Source: Malacoraja senta (taxonomy: Eukaryota). Taken from it: a DNA stretch of 64,000 bases. Every line of letters starts with the position of its first letter. Position 1 is the first letter of the stretch. Under the pieces are notes generated by a model. It saw only the letters and a list, made by a program, of their open reading frames with translations. It made no database searches and was not told where the DNA came from. A program made the position numbers and the translations under genes. The stretch spans positions 1 to 64,000 of the forward strand of contig CM075998.1 in assembly GCA_038087875.1 (NCBI GenBank), given 5' to 3'. This document shows positions 35,795 through 48,200 of this stretch, piece by piece.

Positions 35795-37909
35795 ATGGGT
35801 ATGAGAATTAAACTACACAGTGCTGATCACCCTAATAATCTTCTGAAGGAACTCAACAAGTTTAGGCTTTCCGAAATCATGTGTGATGTAATCATCGTGG
35901 TGGGCAACCGGACATTTTCAGCCCACAAGTCTGTGTTGGCATGCGCTGCCGGTTACTTCCAGAAGCTGTTTCTCAACTCCGAGGTGAACTCCGTCAGAAC
36001 ATATGCGGTCGACTTCATCACACCAGCCAACTTTGAAAGGATCTTGAACTTTATCTACACCGCAGAGCTTTTCACAGATCTCATCAACGTGGGTGTCATC
36101 TACGAGATGGCAGAGAAGCTGGGAATGCAGGATTTGCTGAAGGCTTGTTACTCCACATTCCCCGACTTGGAAAAAACACAATCGAGCAAAGTGGGAGAAC
36201 GGCCAGCGGAAGACTACGCGCTTCTCCCCCTGCCCTCCAATGAGCAAAACCCGCCCAGGGGAAACTCGAGGACCACAGCATCGCAGTTTTGTCAAAATCG
36301 AGGTTACATCATGCAGGTGGAGGTGGCAGAGGGGTTCAAGAGTGAAGAAAGACATCCCACCAATGAAAATGGACCCTCTGTGATGTACCAGCAAGCAACG
36401 AAAACTGAAGATAGCCTGAAGATGGAGTACAGCCAGCCAACATCCACTGAGAGTGTTCCCCTGACCACCAGCAAAGCCCCTTGCGAGCTGTATGAGATTC
36501 AAAGTAATGGATATTATCAGACCAATTTACTGATGGCTGGAGAATCTCTGAAAGAAGATGGAAACAATGTTGAGCTCCAAGATCATTCAATGAAGGAAAT
36601 GGAATGCATGCAGTTTGAAGGTATTGAAGCGGATGGCCTTAATTTTGATGAACACCAGGAGAGTAGGGGTGCTTCTGAAGAGGTAATAGAGCTGACAGAT
36701 GATAGTGAAGATGACAGTCTGGTGTGTGTCAAGGACTGCAACACTGAAGGCAAGAGCATGCCGTGCCAGGTGTGTGGCAAGGAGTTACCGGCTAACATCT
36801 CAGTGATTCGGCAGCATGGCAAACTCCACATTGATGCCAAGGAGGGGTTGTGCAGAGTGTGTGGCACAAAGTTCACTGACAGGAGCTCTCGAATCACCCA
36901 CGTTTTGTCTCACGTTGGAATTTTCCTCTTCTCGTGTGATATGTGTGAAATGAAGTTTGTGACGCAATGGCAAGTGGCTGGACACAGGAAAGCCAAACCA
37001 TATGATACTAACATTATTGTGCAGCCCAATGCCATGCTCCCACCTGAGCCCAATTTTGGGGGCTCTCCAACCGAACTCTTCTGTGCAGTCTGTGGAAAGG
37101 CCATGGCTAAAGACTATCTCGCTGTGAAAGAGCACATTCTTTCTCACCTGGACATGAAAAGCCTTTCCTGCTGCGTCTGCGAGCAGCCTTCGAGATCTGT
37201 CTGTAGCCTGATGTGGCATGTTTTGTCCCATATGAATATATCTATTTTTTCCTGTTCTGTATGTGGTAATAGCTTTGTAGATCGAACAATTCTAGAACAA
37301 CACATGGCCTCACATCAGGGTATGAAGTATTTATTTGAATGTCATTTTTGCAGTAGAAAATTCCGACTGGAGGCTTCTTATCAAAACCACGTGAAGATCC
37401 ACAAGAGGCATAACTCAGACAATGCAAAGAGTGTTACTGCTCAACACCAGTGGCTCAAAAAGACTTTAACAACGTCACTGTCAGACGAGTCTACGAGTGA
37501 TGGACATGTGGCCACTCTACAGCAGGAGTCCCTTCTCTCCCTTCCCTTAAACCACATCAAGACCACCTGCAAAGGGAACTGGTACGAATGTGAGTTTTGC
37601 AGGAAGAGGTTTTCTCATTCCAGTGAGTTTCAGTATCACCTACGGATTCACTCAGGGGAGAAGCCCTATGAATGTAAGCTGTGCCACAAGTTCTTCAGGG
37701 GGCGATCGACTGTCAAAAACCACCTAAAGACTCATTCCGGAGCCCTCATGTACTGCTGCACAGTGTGCCAGAGGTACTGTCCCACCCTCAACCTTATGAT
37801 TAAGCATGTGGAGATGCACAAGGATGGAGGCCTGCCTCCTGATTTTAACATTGCACAGACTTTTATGTACATTGTACATTCCAAACAGTCAGTAAAAATG
37901 ATGGACTAA
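35795..37909 (+). CDS. ZBTB39: Zinc finger and BTB domain-containing protein 39
   Basis: Intact 704-aa ORF; N-terminus MGMRIKL...HPNNLLKELNK with a BTB domain, multiple C2H2 fingers (HSGEKPY linker), C-terminus GGLPPDF...QTFMYI.HSK as in vertebrate ZBTB39. Confidence 0.96.
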   Translation: MGMRIKLHSADHPNNLLKELNKFRLSEIMCDVIIVVGNRTFSAHKSVLACAAGYFQKLFLNSEVNSVRTYAVDFITPANFERILNFIYTAELFTDLINVGVIYEMAEKLGMQDLLKACYSTFPDLEKTQSSKVGERPAEDYALLPLPSNEQNPPRGNSRTTASQFCQNRGYIMQVEVAEGFKSEERHPTNENGPSVMYQQATKTEDSLKMEYSQPTSTESVPLTTSKAPCELYEIQSNGYYQTNLLMAGESLKEDGNNVELQDHSMKEMECMQFEGIEADGLNFDEHQESRGASEEVIELTDDSEDDSLVCVKDCNTEGKSMPCQVCGKELPANISVIRQHGKLHIDAKEGLCRVCGTKFTDRSSRITHVLSHVGIFLFSCDMCEMKFVTQWQVAGHRKAKPYDTNIIVQPNAMLPPEPNFGGSPTELFCAVCGKAMAKDYLAVKEHILSHLDMKSLSCCVCEQPSRSVCSLMWHVLSHMNISIFSCSVCGNSFVDRTILEQHMASHQGMKYLFECHFCSRKFRLEASYQNHVKIHKRHNSDNAKSVTAQHQWLKKTLTTSLSDESTSDGHVATLQQESLLSLPLNHIKTTCKGNWYECEFCRKRFSHSSEFQYHLRIHSGEKPYECKLCHKFFRGRSTVKNHLKTHSGALMYCCTVCQRYCPTLNLMIKHVEMHKDGGLPPDFNIAQTFMYIVHSKQSVKMMD

Positions 37910-38087
37910 TCTTATATTTTGAAAGGAAATAGACCCAATGTTGGACAAACTGTATTCTGAATTAGACATCAAATAAATTCTCAGATATAAATCTGAACAA
38001 GCATCACAAAATATTTTAAATTGAAATGCTAGTGGGCAATCTGTGAAGATTTTATTACGACATTTAAAGACCACATTTACAGAAGAG

Positions 38088-38400
38088 AGACACAAAAAGT
38101 TGGAGTAACTCAACAGGTCAGACAGCATCTTGATAAAAAGTAATAGTTGACTAAAGGAGTCACTGATTCTCAGTCTAAAGATGATTCTCAATCCAAAACA
38201 TTCCTATCCTATTCCTTTTCTCCACAGATATTGTCTGACCCGCTGAGTTACTCCAGCAGTTTGTTTAAACTAGCATCTGCAGTTTCTTAGGTAGACAAAA
38301 ATGCTGGAGAAACTCAATGGATGAAGCAGCATCAATGGAGCGAATGAACTAGGCAACGTTTCGGGCCGAAACCCTTCTTGAGACCCTTTTGCAGTTTCTT
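38088..38400. repeat. Nested Penelope-derived short repeats downstream of the ZBTB39 stop
   Basis: Inverted arms TGGAGTAACTCA / TGAGTTACTCCA (38101, 38245) and a minus-strand degenerate hammerhead core at 38352-38384. Confidence 0.65.
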
Positions 38401-39532
38401 GTTACACAGTACATTTACCTCTCTGTTCCCCTCATGATATTATATTTAGACAATAGGCAATAGGTGCAGGAGTAGGCCATTCGGCCCTTCGAGCCAGCAC
38501 CGCCATTCAATGTGATCATGGCTGATCATCCACAATCAGTACCCTGTTCCTGCCTTCTCCCCATATCCCCTGACTCCGCTATCCTTAAGGGCCCTATCTA
38601 GCTCTCTCTTGAAAGTATCCAGAGAACCGGCCTCCACCACCCTCTGAGGCAGAGAATTCCACAGACTCACAACTCTGGGTGGAAAAGTGTTTCCTCATCT
38701 CCATTCTAAACCCCTTATTCTTAAACTGTGGCCCCTGGTTCTGGACTCCCCCAACATCGGGAACATGTTTCCTGCCTCTAGCGTGTCCAAACCCTTAATA
38801 ACCTTATATGTTTCAATAAGATCTTCTCTCATCCTTCTAAATTCCAGAGTATACAAGCCCGGCTGCTCCATTTTCTCAGCATATGACAGTCCCGCCATCC
38901 CAGGAATTAACCTTGTAAACCTACGCTGCACTACCTCAATAGCAAGAATGTCCTTCCTCAAACTCGGAAACCAAAACTGCACACAATACTCCAGGTGTGG
39001 TCTCACTAGGGCCCTGTACAACTGCAGAAGGACCTCTTTGTTCCTATATTCGATTCCTCTTGTTATAAAGGCCAACATGCCATTTGCTTTCTTCACTGCC
39101 TGCTGTACGTGCAAGCTTACTTTCATAGACTGATGAACAAGGACTCCCAGATCCTGTTGTACTTCCCCTTTTCCCAACTTGACACCATTTAGATAATAAT
39201 CTGGCTTCCTGTTTTTGATACCAAGGTGGATAACCTCACATTTATCCACATTAATCTGTATCTGCCATGCATCTGCCCACTCACCCAACCTGTCCATGTC
39301 ATCCTGCATTCTCATAGCATCCTCCTCACAGCTCACACTGCCACCCAGCTTTGTGTCATCTGCAAATTTGCTAATGTTACTTGTAATCCTTTCATCCAAA
39401 TCATTGATGTATATTGTAAATAGCTGCGGTCCCAGCAACGAGCCTTGCGGTACCCCACTAGTCACTGCCTGCCATTTTGAAAGGGACCCGTTAATCACTA
39501 ATCTTTGTTTCCCGTCTGCCAACCACTTTTCT

Positions 39533-39740
39533 GGTTGTCTCCTCCCCTCCCCTAGACCCCGGGCTCCTCCGCCTTTTTTCCTTTTTTTCCTTTCTTCTCC
39601 CCACCCCTATCAGTCTGAAGAAGGGTTTCGGCCCGAAACGTTGCCTGTTTCCTTCGCTCCATAGATGCTGCTGCACCGCTGAGTTTCTCCAGCATTTTTG
39701 TGTACCTTCGATTTTCCAGCATCTGCAGTTCTTTCTTTAA
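39533..39740 (+). mobile_element. Penelope 3' terminal fragment
   Basis: Nearly identical to 44628-44803; flanked by CACTTTTCT repeats (39524-39532, 39741-39749). Confidence 0.88.
39611..39647 (+). ncRNA. Minimal type I hammerhead ribozyme-like motif
   Basis: CUGAAGA, A, stem GGG-uuucgg-CCC, GAAAC, GUU; palindromic helix III (AACGUU); helix I weak. Confidence 0.6.
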
Positions 39741-40146
39741 CACTTTTCTATCCATGTGAGCACTCTACCTCCAATACCATGTGCCCTAATTTTGGCCACT
39801 AATCTCCTATGTGGGACCTTATCAAATGCTTTCTGAAAGTCCAGGTACACTACATCAACTGGCTCTCCCTTGTCCATTTTCCGAGTTACATCTTCAAAAA
39901 ATTCCAGAAGATAAGTCAAGCATGATTTCCCCTTCGTAAATCCATGCTGACTCGGACCGATCCTGTTACTGCTATCCAAATGTGTGGCTATCTCATCTTT
40001 TATAATTGACTCCAGCATCTTCCCCACCACCGATGTCAAGCTAACTGGTCTATAATTCCCTGTTTTCTCTCTCCTGCCTTTCTTAAAAAGTGGATAACAT
40101 TAGCTACCCTCCAATCCACAGGAACTGATCCTGAATTTATACAACA

Positions 40147-41140
40147 GTAGACCAAGTGGGACCCGTTGGGTCCCGTCCACTCAACATGTGGTTGCTGGAG
40201 GGGGGGGGGGAGCGGCCTGCGGCGTCACATACACTAACCAACCGCACACACAGACACAGACACTAACTACCCCCCGCACACACACGCACTAACCACCCCA
40301 TTCATATTATATTGATATTATTCGTTGGCTCCTTTTAGCCCATCTCTGCCCAATCCACTGCCGCATAGCCTCCATCTCATAGGCGCGTCTAGAGAGGGAA
40401 GGGGATAGAGAGTGAGGGCAGAGAGAGAGGAGGGGAAGGGGGTAGAAAGAGGTGGGGAGAGGGAGGTCGGGGGAAAGAGGGGGGATTGAGTGGAAGGGGG
40501 GGTGAGAGAGGGGAAGACCCGGGCCGAGTCGAGGGGGAGACAGAGGGGGGGAGGCCCGGGCCGAGGGAGAGGGGAGGAGAAAGAGAGAGAGGAGGGGAGA
40601 GAGGAGAGGGGGAGACACGAGCCGAGGCGCGAGCAGTCGACCAATGGAACACAGGTTGGGCTGAAGCAGTCTGGGCGGGCTGCGGGCGGGCCCGGGCTGG
40701 GCGGGCTGCGGGTGTACATCGACCAAAGCTCTCGTCATCTCTCGGGAAACCCAAGCCGAAGCACGAGTGTGCGTCGACCAAAGCTCTCGTGAGTTCAACA
40801 GGGCGACTTATGAACAACGGGGGAGGGGGAGGGGTGGGAGCTGACGTCAGTAGCAGCGCGAGCAGCCGGCAGATTCATTGTCACGTCATCAGCGGGAAAA
40901 AACAAACAAAGCAGTCGTTTTAAATTAATTTTTATTAATTACTCAAGAAATAAAGCAGGGAGTGTTCAGGTAAGCCTATTTTTGACTCCAGGGGGTAAAC
41001 CTCTACCTGAATATGTGAAAATGTTCCCATTAGCCCATAGTTTCTTCGAGTAGATGTGATCACACACAAATAAATACACACACACACACACACACGTACA
41101 CACATCCTCATCCAAGATCAGAGTTTTATAGGTATAAGTA
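40147..41140 (-). mobile_element. Non-autonomous Helitron, sister of 30182-35315
   Basis: Shared termini (CCAAGATCAGAGTTTTATAGGTAT; perfect hairpin GGGACCC-GTT-GGGTCCC); inserted between A and T of the CR1 (AACA|TTGG), no TSD; termini slightly degenerate. Confidence 0.8.
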
Positions 41141-41211
41141 TTGGAAAATAATCACTAATGCACGGTTTCTAGAACCACGTCCTTAGGTACCCTGGGATGC
41201 AGACCATTAGG

Positions 41212-41994
41212 TGCTACATCTTGGCAGGACAAATCAAAATAGGACGTACATGGTAAATGGTAGCGAATTGAGGAATGCAGTTGAACAGAGGGATCTAGGA
41301 ATAACTGCACAGTTCCCTGAAGGTGAAATCTCATGTAGATAGGGTGGTAAAGAAAGCTTTTGGTGTGCTGGCCTTTATAAATCAGAGCATTGAATATAGA
41401 AGTTGGGATGTAATGTTAAAATTGTACAAGGCATTGGTGAGCCAATTCTGCAGTATGGAGTACAATTCTGGTCGCCTAATTATAGGAAGGATGTCAAAAA
41501 AATAGAGAGAGTACAGAGGAAATTTACTAGAATGTTGCCTGGGTTTCAGCAACTAAGTTACAGAGAAAGGTTGAACAAGTTAGGGCTTTATTCTTTGGAG
41601 CGCAGAAGGTTAAGAGGGGACTTGATAGAGGTATTTAAAATGATGAGAGGGATAGACAGAGTTGACGTGGATAAGCTTTTCCCATTGAGAGTAGGGAAGA
41701 TTCAAACAAGGGGACATGACTTGAGAATTAAGGGACAGAAGTTTAGGGGTAACATGAGGGGGAACTTCTTTACTCAGAGAGTGGTAGCTGTGTGGAATGA
41801 GCTTCCAGTGGAAGTGGTGGAGGCAGGTTCGATTTTATCCTTTAAAAATAGATTGGATGGGTATATGGACGGGAAAGGAATGGAGGGTTATGGTCTGAGT
41901 GCAGGTAGATGGGACTAGGGGAGAAAGAAGAAAAGGGGGGGGGGAGTGTTCGGCACGGACTTGAAGGGCCGAGATGGCCAGTTTATATGGTTTA
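41212..41994 (+). mobile_element. 5'-truncated CR1
   Basis: RT C-terminus ORF 41403-41918 and 3' tail; ATTAGG TSD (41206-41211, 41995-42000). Confidence 0.92.
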
Positions 41995-43616
41995 ATTAGG
42001 CCCTATTAGCTTTCAGTCCCATCAGTCTATCCAACACCATTTCCTGCCTAATGTGGATTTCCTTCAGTTCCTCCATCATCCCAGATCCGCTGGCCACTAC
42101 TATATCAGGAAGATTGTTTAGTGAGGGGGGTTGGACTCAAATAGAGAAAGCTAGTAGACAGTATGTGAGGCAGGAGGCAGAGAAGGGAAGCACTCAGACC
42201 CAACATGTAGAGGGGGAAGAAGAAAAAAATAATAAACAGAATAAGAGGTCGTGGGTTTCTTAAATGTGTGAGCAGAGAGACGGGTGTAAAATGAGGGTAG
42301 AAGCAATAGGTAGCAAGGTGAAAAGTAAAAGTGGTAGACAGACAAATCCAGGGTAAAAATCAAAAAGGGACGCTTTTCAACATAATTGTATAAGGGGTAA
42401 GAGCGTTGTAAAAACAAGCCTGAAAACTTTGTGTCTCAATGCAAGGAGCATTCGTAATAGGTGGATGCGTTGAATGTGCAGATAGCTATTAATGATTATG
42501 ATTATGATATAGTTGGGATCACGGTGACATGGCTCCAGGGTGACCAAGGCTGGGAGCGGAACATCCAGGGATATTCAATATTCAGGATGGATAGACAGAA
42601 AGGAAAAGGAGGTGGGGTAGCGTTGCTGGTTAGAGAGGAGATTAACGCAATAGAAAGGAAGGACATTAACTTGGAGGATGTGGAATCGATATGGGTAGAG
42701 CTGCGAAACACTAAGGGGCAGAAAACGTTAGTGGGAGTTGTGTACAGGCCACCTAACAGTAGTAGTGGTTGGGGATGGCATCAAACAGGAAATTAGAAAT
42801 GCGTGCAACAAAGGTAAAACAGTTATAATGGGTGACTTCAATCTACATATAGATTGGGTGAATCAAATTGGCAGGGGTGCTGAGGAAGAGGATTTCTTGG
42901 AATATGCGGGATAGTTATCTAAACCAACATGTAGAGGAACCAGCGAGAGAGCAGGCTATTCTAGACTGGGTGTTGAGTAATGAGGAAGGGTTCCTTAGCA
43001 GTCTTGTGCATGGCCCTTTGGGAAAAAGTGACCATAATATGGTTGAGTTCTTCATTAGGATGGAGAGTGACATTGTTAATTCAGAAACAAGGGTTCTGAA
43101 CAAAGAAAGGTTACTTTGAGGGTATGAAACGTGAATTGGCCAAGATAGACTGGCAATTGATTCTTAAAGGGTTGACGGTGGATATGCAATGGAAGACATT
43201 TAAAGACTGCTTGGATGAACTACAACAATTGTTCATTCCAGTTTGGCAAAAGAATAAATCAGGGAAGGTAGTGCATCCGTGGATAATCAGGGATAGTATC
43301 AAAACAAAAGATGAAGCGTACAAATTAGCCAGAAAAATCAGCCTGCCAGAGGACTGGGAGAAATTCAGAGTCCAGCAGAGGAGGACAAAGGGCTTAATTA
43401 GGAAAGGGAAAATAGATTATGAAAGAAAACTGGCAGGGAACATAAAAACTGATTACAAACGTTTTTATAGGTATGTGAGGAGAAAAAGATTAGTTTAAAC
43501 AAATGTAGGTCCCTTGCAGTCAGAAACAGGTGAATTGATCATGGGGAACAAGGACATGGCAGACCAATTGAATAACTAATTGAATAACACTCAAATTGAA
43601 TAACCAATTGAATAAC

Positions 43617-44803
43617 ACTCAAATACACCTGGACCATTTCCGACACTTCCCTACCATTCCTTGACCTCACTATCTCCATCGCAGGTGATAGACTCCTTAC
43701 CGACATCCACTACAAACCTACCGACTCCCATGGCTATCTGGACTACACTTCTTCCCACCCTGCTTCCTGTAAGGACTCCATCCCCCACTCCCAATTCCTC
43801 CGTCTACGCCGCATCTGCTCCCAGGATGAGGCGTTCCACACCAGGGCATCTGAAATGTCCTCATTCTTCAGGGAACGGGGGTTCCCCTCCTCCACCATAG
43901 ATGAGGCTCGCACCAGGGTCTCTGCCATACCCCGCAACACTGCTCTCTCTCCCCATCCCCCCACTCACAACAAAGGCAGAGTCCCCCTAGTACTCACCTT
44001 TCACCCCACCAGCCGTCACATACAACAAGTGATCCTCCGTCAGTTTCGCCACCTCCAACGTGACCCCACCACTCGCCACATCTTCCCATCTCCCCCTATG
44101 TCTGCCTTCCGCAAAGACCGCTCCCTCCGTAACTCCCTTGTCAATTCTTCCCTTCCCTCCCATACCACCCCCTCCCCTGGTACTTTCCCTTGCAACCGCA
44201 AGAGATGCAACACTTGTCCCTTCACCTCCCCCCTCCACTCCATTCCAGGACCCAAGCAGTCGTTCCAGGTGCGACAGAGGTTCACCTGCATCTCCTCCAA
44301 CCTCATCTATTGCATTCGCTGCTCTAGATGCCAGCTGATCTACATCGGTGAGACCAAGCGGAGGCTTGGCGATCGTTTCGCCGAACACCTCCGGTCGGTC
44401 CGCAATAACCAACCTGAACTCCCGGTGGCTCAGCACTTCAACTCCCCCTCCCATTCCGTATCTGACCTCTCTGTCCTGGGTCTCCTCCATGGCCACAGCG
44501 AGCAACACCGTAAATTGGAGGAAATGCACCTCATATTCCGCTTGGGCAGTCTACATCCTGGTGGCCTGAACGTTGAATTCTCCCAATTCTGCTAGCCCTG
44601 GCTGTCCCCTCCCCTTCATCAGCCATCTGGTTGTCTCCTCCCCTCCCCCAGCCCTCGGGCTCCTCCTCCTTTTCCTTTTTTCCTTTCTTCTCCCCACCCC
44701 CTATCAGTCTGAAGAAGGGTTTCGGCCCGAAACGTTACCTATTTCCTTCGCTCCATAGATGCTGCTGCACCCGCTGAGTTTCTCCAGCATTTTTGTGTAC
44801 CTT
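43617..44803 (+). mobile_element. 5'-truncated Penelope-like retroelement (RT C-terminus and GIY-YIG endonuclease)
   Basis: PFLDL and YKPT RT motifs; CxxC and NLIYCIRC...YIGETKRRL..RF.EH in ORF 43855-44595; TSD CAATTGAATAACTA (43565, 44804). Confidence 0.93.
44705..44742 (+). ncRNA. Minimal type I hammerhead ribozyme-like motif in the Penelope 3' end
   Basis: CUGAAGA, A, GGG-uuucgg-CCC, GAAAC, GUU, AC. Confidence 0.62.
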
Positions 44804-45293
44804 CAATTGAATAACTACTTTGGTTCTGTCTTCACTAAGGAAGACATAAGGAAGACATAAATAATCTGCTGGAAATAGCAGGGGTCAAATGAGATGGAGG
44901 AACTGAGTGAAATCCAGGTTAGCTGGGAAGTGGTGTTAGGTAAATTGAATGGATTAAAGGCCAATAAATCCCCAGGACCAGATAGGCTGCATCCCAGAGT
45001 ACTTAAGGAAGTAGCCCCAGAAATAGTGGATGCGTTAGTGATAATTTTTCAAAACTCTTTAGGTTCTGGAGTAGTTCCTGAGGATTGGGAGGTAGCTCAT
45101 GTAACCCCCACTTTTTAAAAAGGGAGGGAGAGAGAAAACGTGGAATTACAGACCAGTTAGTCTAACATCGGTAGTGGGGAAACTGCTAGAGTCAGTTATT
45201 AAAGATGGCATAGCAGCACATTTGGAAAGTGGTGAAATCATTGGACAAAGTCAGCATGGATTTACGAAAGGTAAATCATGTCTGACGAATCTT

Positions 45294-48200
45294 GTCAAGT
45301 CAAGTCACATTTATTTCTATAGCACATTTAAAAAACAGTCTCGTTGGCGTAAGTGCTTTACATTTGTTATAAGAATAGCATAAACAAAACAAACTACATA
45401 CATATATACACGTAGCCCTCGCTCAGAGGACGTCAGGAAAGGCTTGGGATAATAGGTAAATTTTTAGTCTTGACTTAAAAGGGTCGATGGAGGGGGCAGT
45501 TCTGATGGGAAAGGGGATGCTGTTCCACAGTCTAGGGGCAGCAACCGCAAAGGCGCGGTCGCCCCTGAGCTTATGCCTAGACCCTGGGATATTCAGCAAC
45601 CCCAAGTCGTCCGATCTGAGGGGCCTGGAGGTGGAGTGGTGGGTGAGAAGACTTTTAATGTAGGTGGGGGCAAGCCCATTGAGGGCTTTGTAGACATGGA
45701 GGACGATCTTGAAGTTTATACGGAACCGCACAGGGAGCCACTGGAGAGGCCAGGATCGGTGGGGTGATGTGGTCCCTTTTTCGGGTGCCCGTCAGGAGTC
45801 TCGCTGCGGCGTTTTGGACCAGTTGCAGGCGGGACAGGGAAGATTGGCTGATGCCAGTGTAAAGGGAGTTGCAGTAATCGAGTCGGGAGGAGATAAATGT
45901 GTGGATGATCTTTTCGAGGTCATCAAAGTGGAGGAATTGTTTTATTTTAGCTATCGTCCGAAGCTGAAAGAAACTAGGTTTTACCACGGCATTGACTTGT
46001 TTGTCAAATTTCAGTGCTGAGTTAAATATCACGCCAAGGTTTTAGACGTGAGGTTTGAGTAGTGGGGTAAGGCTTCCATGGCTGCCTGCTATCATTTTGA
46101 TTGGGGCCGAGGGGCCGAGAAGGATGACCTCAGACTTACTCTCATTTAGTTGGAGGAAGTTCTGGGCCATCCAACACTTTATATCCTCGAGGCAGTGGGT
46201 AAGGTTAAACAGATTTGATTGGTTTTTAGGCTTCAGGGGGGGATAGAGTTGTGTATCGTCTGCGTAGCAATGGAAGGAAATGTCGTGCCTTTGAATGACT
46301 TGGCCTAAGGGGAGCATATACAGGGAGAAGAAAATGGGGGCCCAGGATGGAAACTTATGGAACCCCACAGCAGAGGCTAGTTGGGGAAGAGAAAGAGTTG
46401 CCTATGTTACTAGAGAAACTCCTACCTTTGAGGTAGGAGATGAACCAGCTCAGGGCAGTGCCATCAATACCAACCCTGTACCGGAGACGGTCAATTAGGA
46501 TGGTGTGGTCGACAGTATCAAATGCTGCGCTGAGGTCAAGAAGGAGCAGAATTGCACAGTCGCTGGAGTCAACGGTGAGCAGAAGGTCATTATGTACCTT
46601 CAACAAGGCAGACACTGCTATGATGAGCCCTGAAACCTGGTTGGAAAGTTTCCAAGATAGTGTTTTGGTGAAGGTAAGGCATAAGTTGACTTAAAAGTAC
46701 CTTTTCAAAGGCTTTTGAAAGGAAAGGCAGTTTTGAAATAGGTCTGTAGTTGCTTGGCAAGGTGGGGTCGAGGTTAGGTTTTTTCAGGAGTGGTTGGACC
46801 ACCGCATGTTTGAAGCAGGTAGGTACAGTGCCAGTGGCCAGAGAGCTGTTGAAGATGGCGAGGATGCTGGGACCAGCTGTTGTAATGACATCCTTTAGGA
46901 GGGCAGAGGGGACAGTGTCGAGGGGGCAGGTAGTAGGTTTCATGGTGGTGATCAGTTTTACAAGGGAGGGTAGAGTAACGGGTTGGAAACAGTCTAATTT
47001 CGAAGAGCAGACCAATGAGACAGCCAGGTCACGGGTGGGAGGGGAAATATTCGTTCTTATGTTCTTTACCTTGCTGGTGAAAATGTGGTAAATTCCTGGC
47101 ACTTAGCAGGGGACCCAGTTAGGCTGGAGCTGGTGGCAGGACAGGAGGTGATGGTGCTAAAGAGGACCTTGGAATTTTGCGAGTTTTTGGAGATAAGGGT
47201 GGAAAAATATTTAGTTCTTGCAGATGTTACTGCTTCCTGGTATTTGTGAAGATTATTTTTCAGGAGTTCAAAGGATATTTGAAGCTTATCAGATTTGTAC
47301 TTCCGTTCTGATTTTCTGCATTCTCTTCTTAGGGCTCTGGTGGTATCATTGAGCCACGGCTCGCCTTTAGGCTTAGGCTTTTTCATTTTATGAGGAGCAA
47401 CAGAATCCAGGACGGAAGAGCAGGTAGTATTGAATAAAGAAATGAGGTCGTTGGTACTGAGATGAGGGGTGGACGCCTCAATAGTGCAGATGTCGGGGGC
47501 GGCTATGAGAGCCTCAGAGAACTTACTGGCTGTCGTGGAGTTACCGTAGCGGGAGTAGTGAGCAGGGAGATGGGAGTTTGAGGGAGAGAAAGGCAGAGAT
47601 ATATAGAATATAATAGCACTATGGTCAGACAGGCAGGCATCAATAATATCTGTGTTACGAGTTGGGAGACCAGACGAAAGCACTAGGTCTAGTGTATGGC
47701 CAAGCTTGTGCGTGGGTCCAGTGGTGAGTAGAGACAGATTGAAGGACTCAACCAGGTTCATAAATTCACTCACAAGAGGCTTCGTGGGACAGCAAACATG
47801 AATGTTAAAGTCACCAAGAATCAGGACCTGGTCAAATTTGGGCAACAAGCTAGTAATAAGATCACCAAATTGTGAGATAAAGTCCTTATGCATCTTTGGT
47901 GGGCGATACACAAGAACAATTAAAAGCGGACAGATTAGACCAACTATGATTAGTTGATGTTCAAAACTGGAGACGTGATCAGTGTTCAGAACACGGCAGT
48001 TGAAATTCTTCTTAAACACAGTGGCTAGGCCCCCACCGCGACCTGAGAGCCGGGGCGAGTTGAAAAAGTTACAGGTATCAGGGCAGAGTTCCACGAGTGG
48101 AGCAAGCTCACCAGGATTAAGCCAGTTTTCAGTGATCAGTAGGAAGTGCAATATCCACGTGCGGTGAAGAAGTCATTGAGGACGAAGGTTTTATTCAGCA

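Larger units (their letters stand above)
38448..42120 (-). mobile_element. CR1 LINE split by three later insertions
   Basis: RT ORFs 38695-39522 and 39737-40039; sequence resumes at 41141-41211 and 42001-42120. Confidence 0.9.

Noticed and set aside
35918..37427. Antisense ORFs over ZBTB39
   Set aside because: Shadow frames with no recognisable domains
35795..37909. ZBTB39 as a processed retrocopy
   Set aside because: Intact ORF, upstream splice acceptor, no poly(A) or TSD; a single coding exon is normal for this gene
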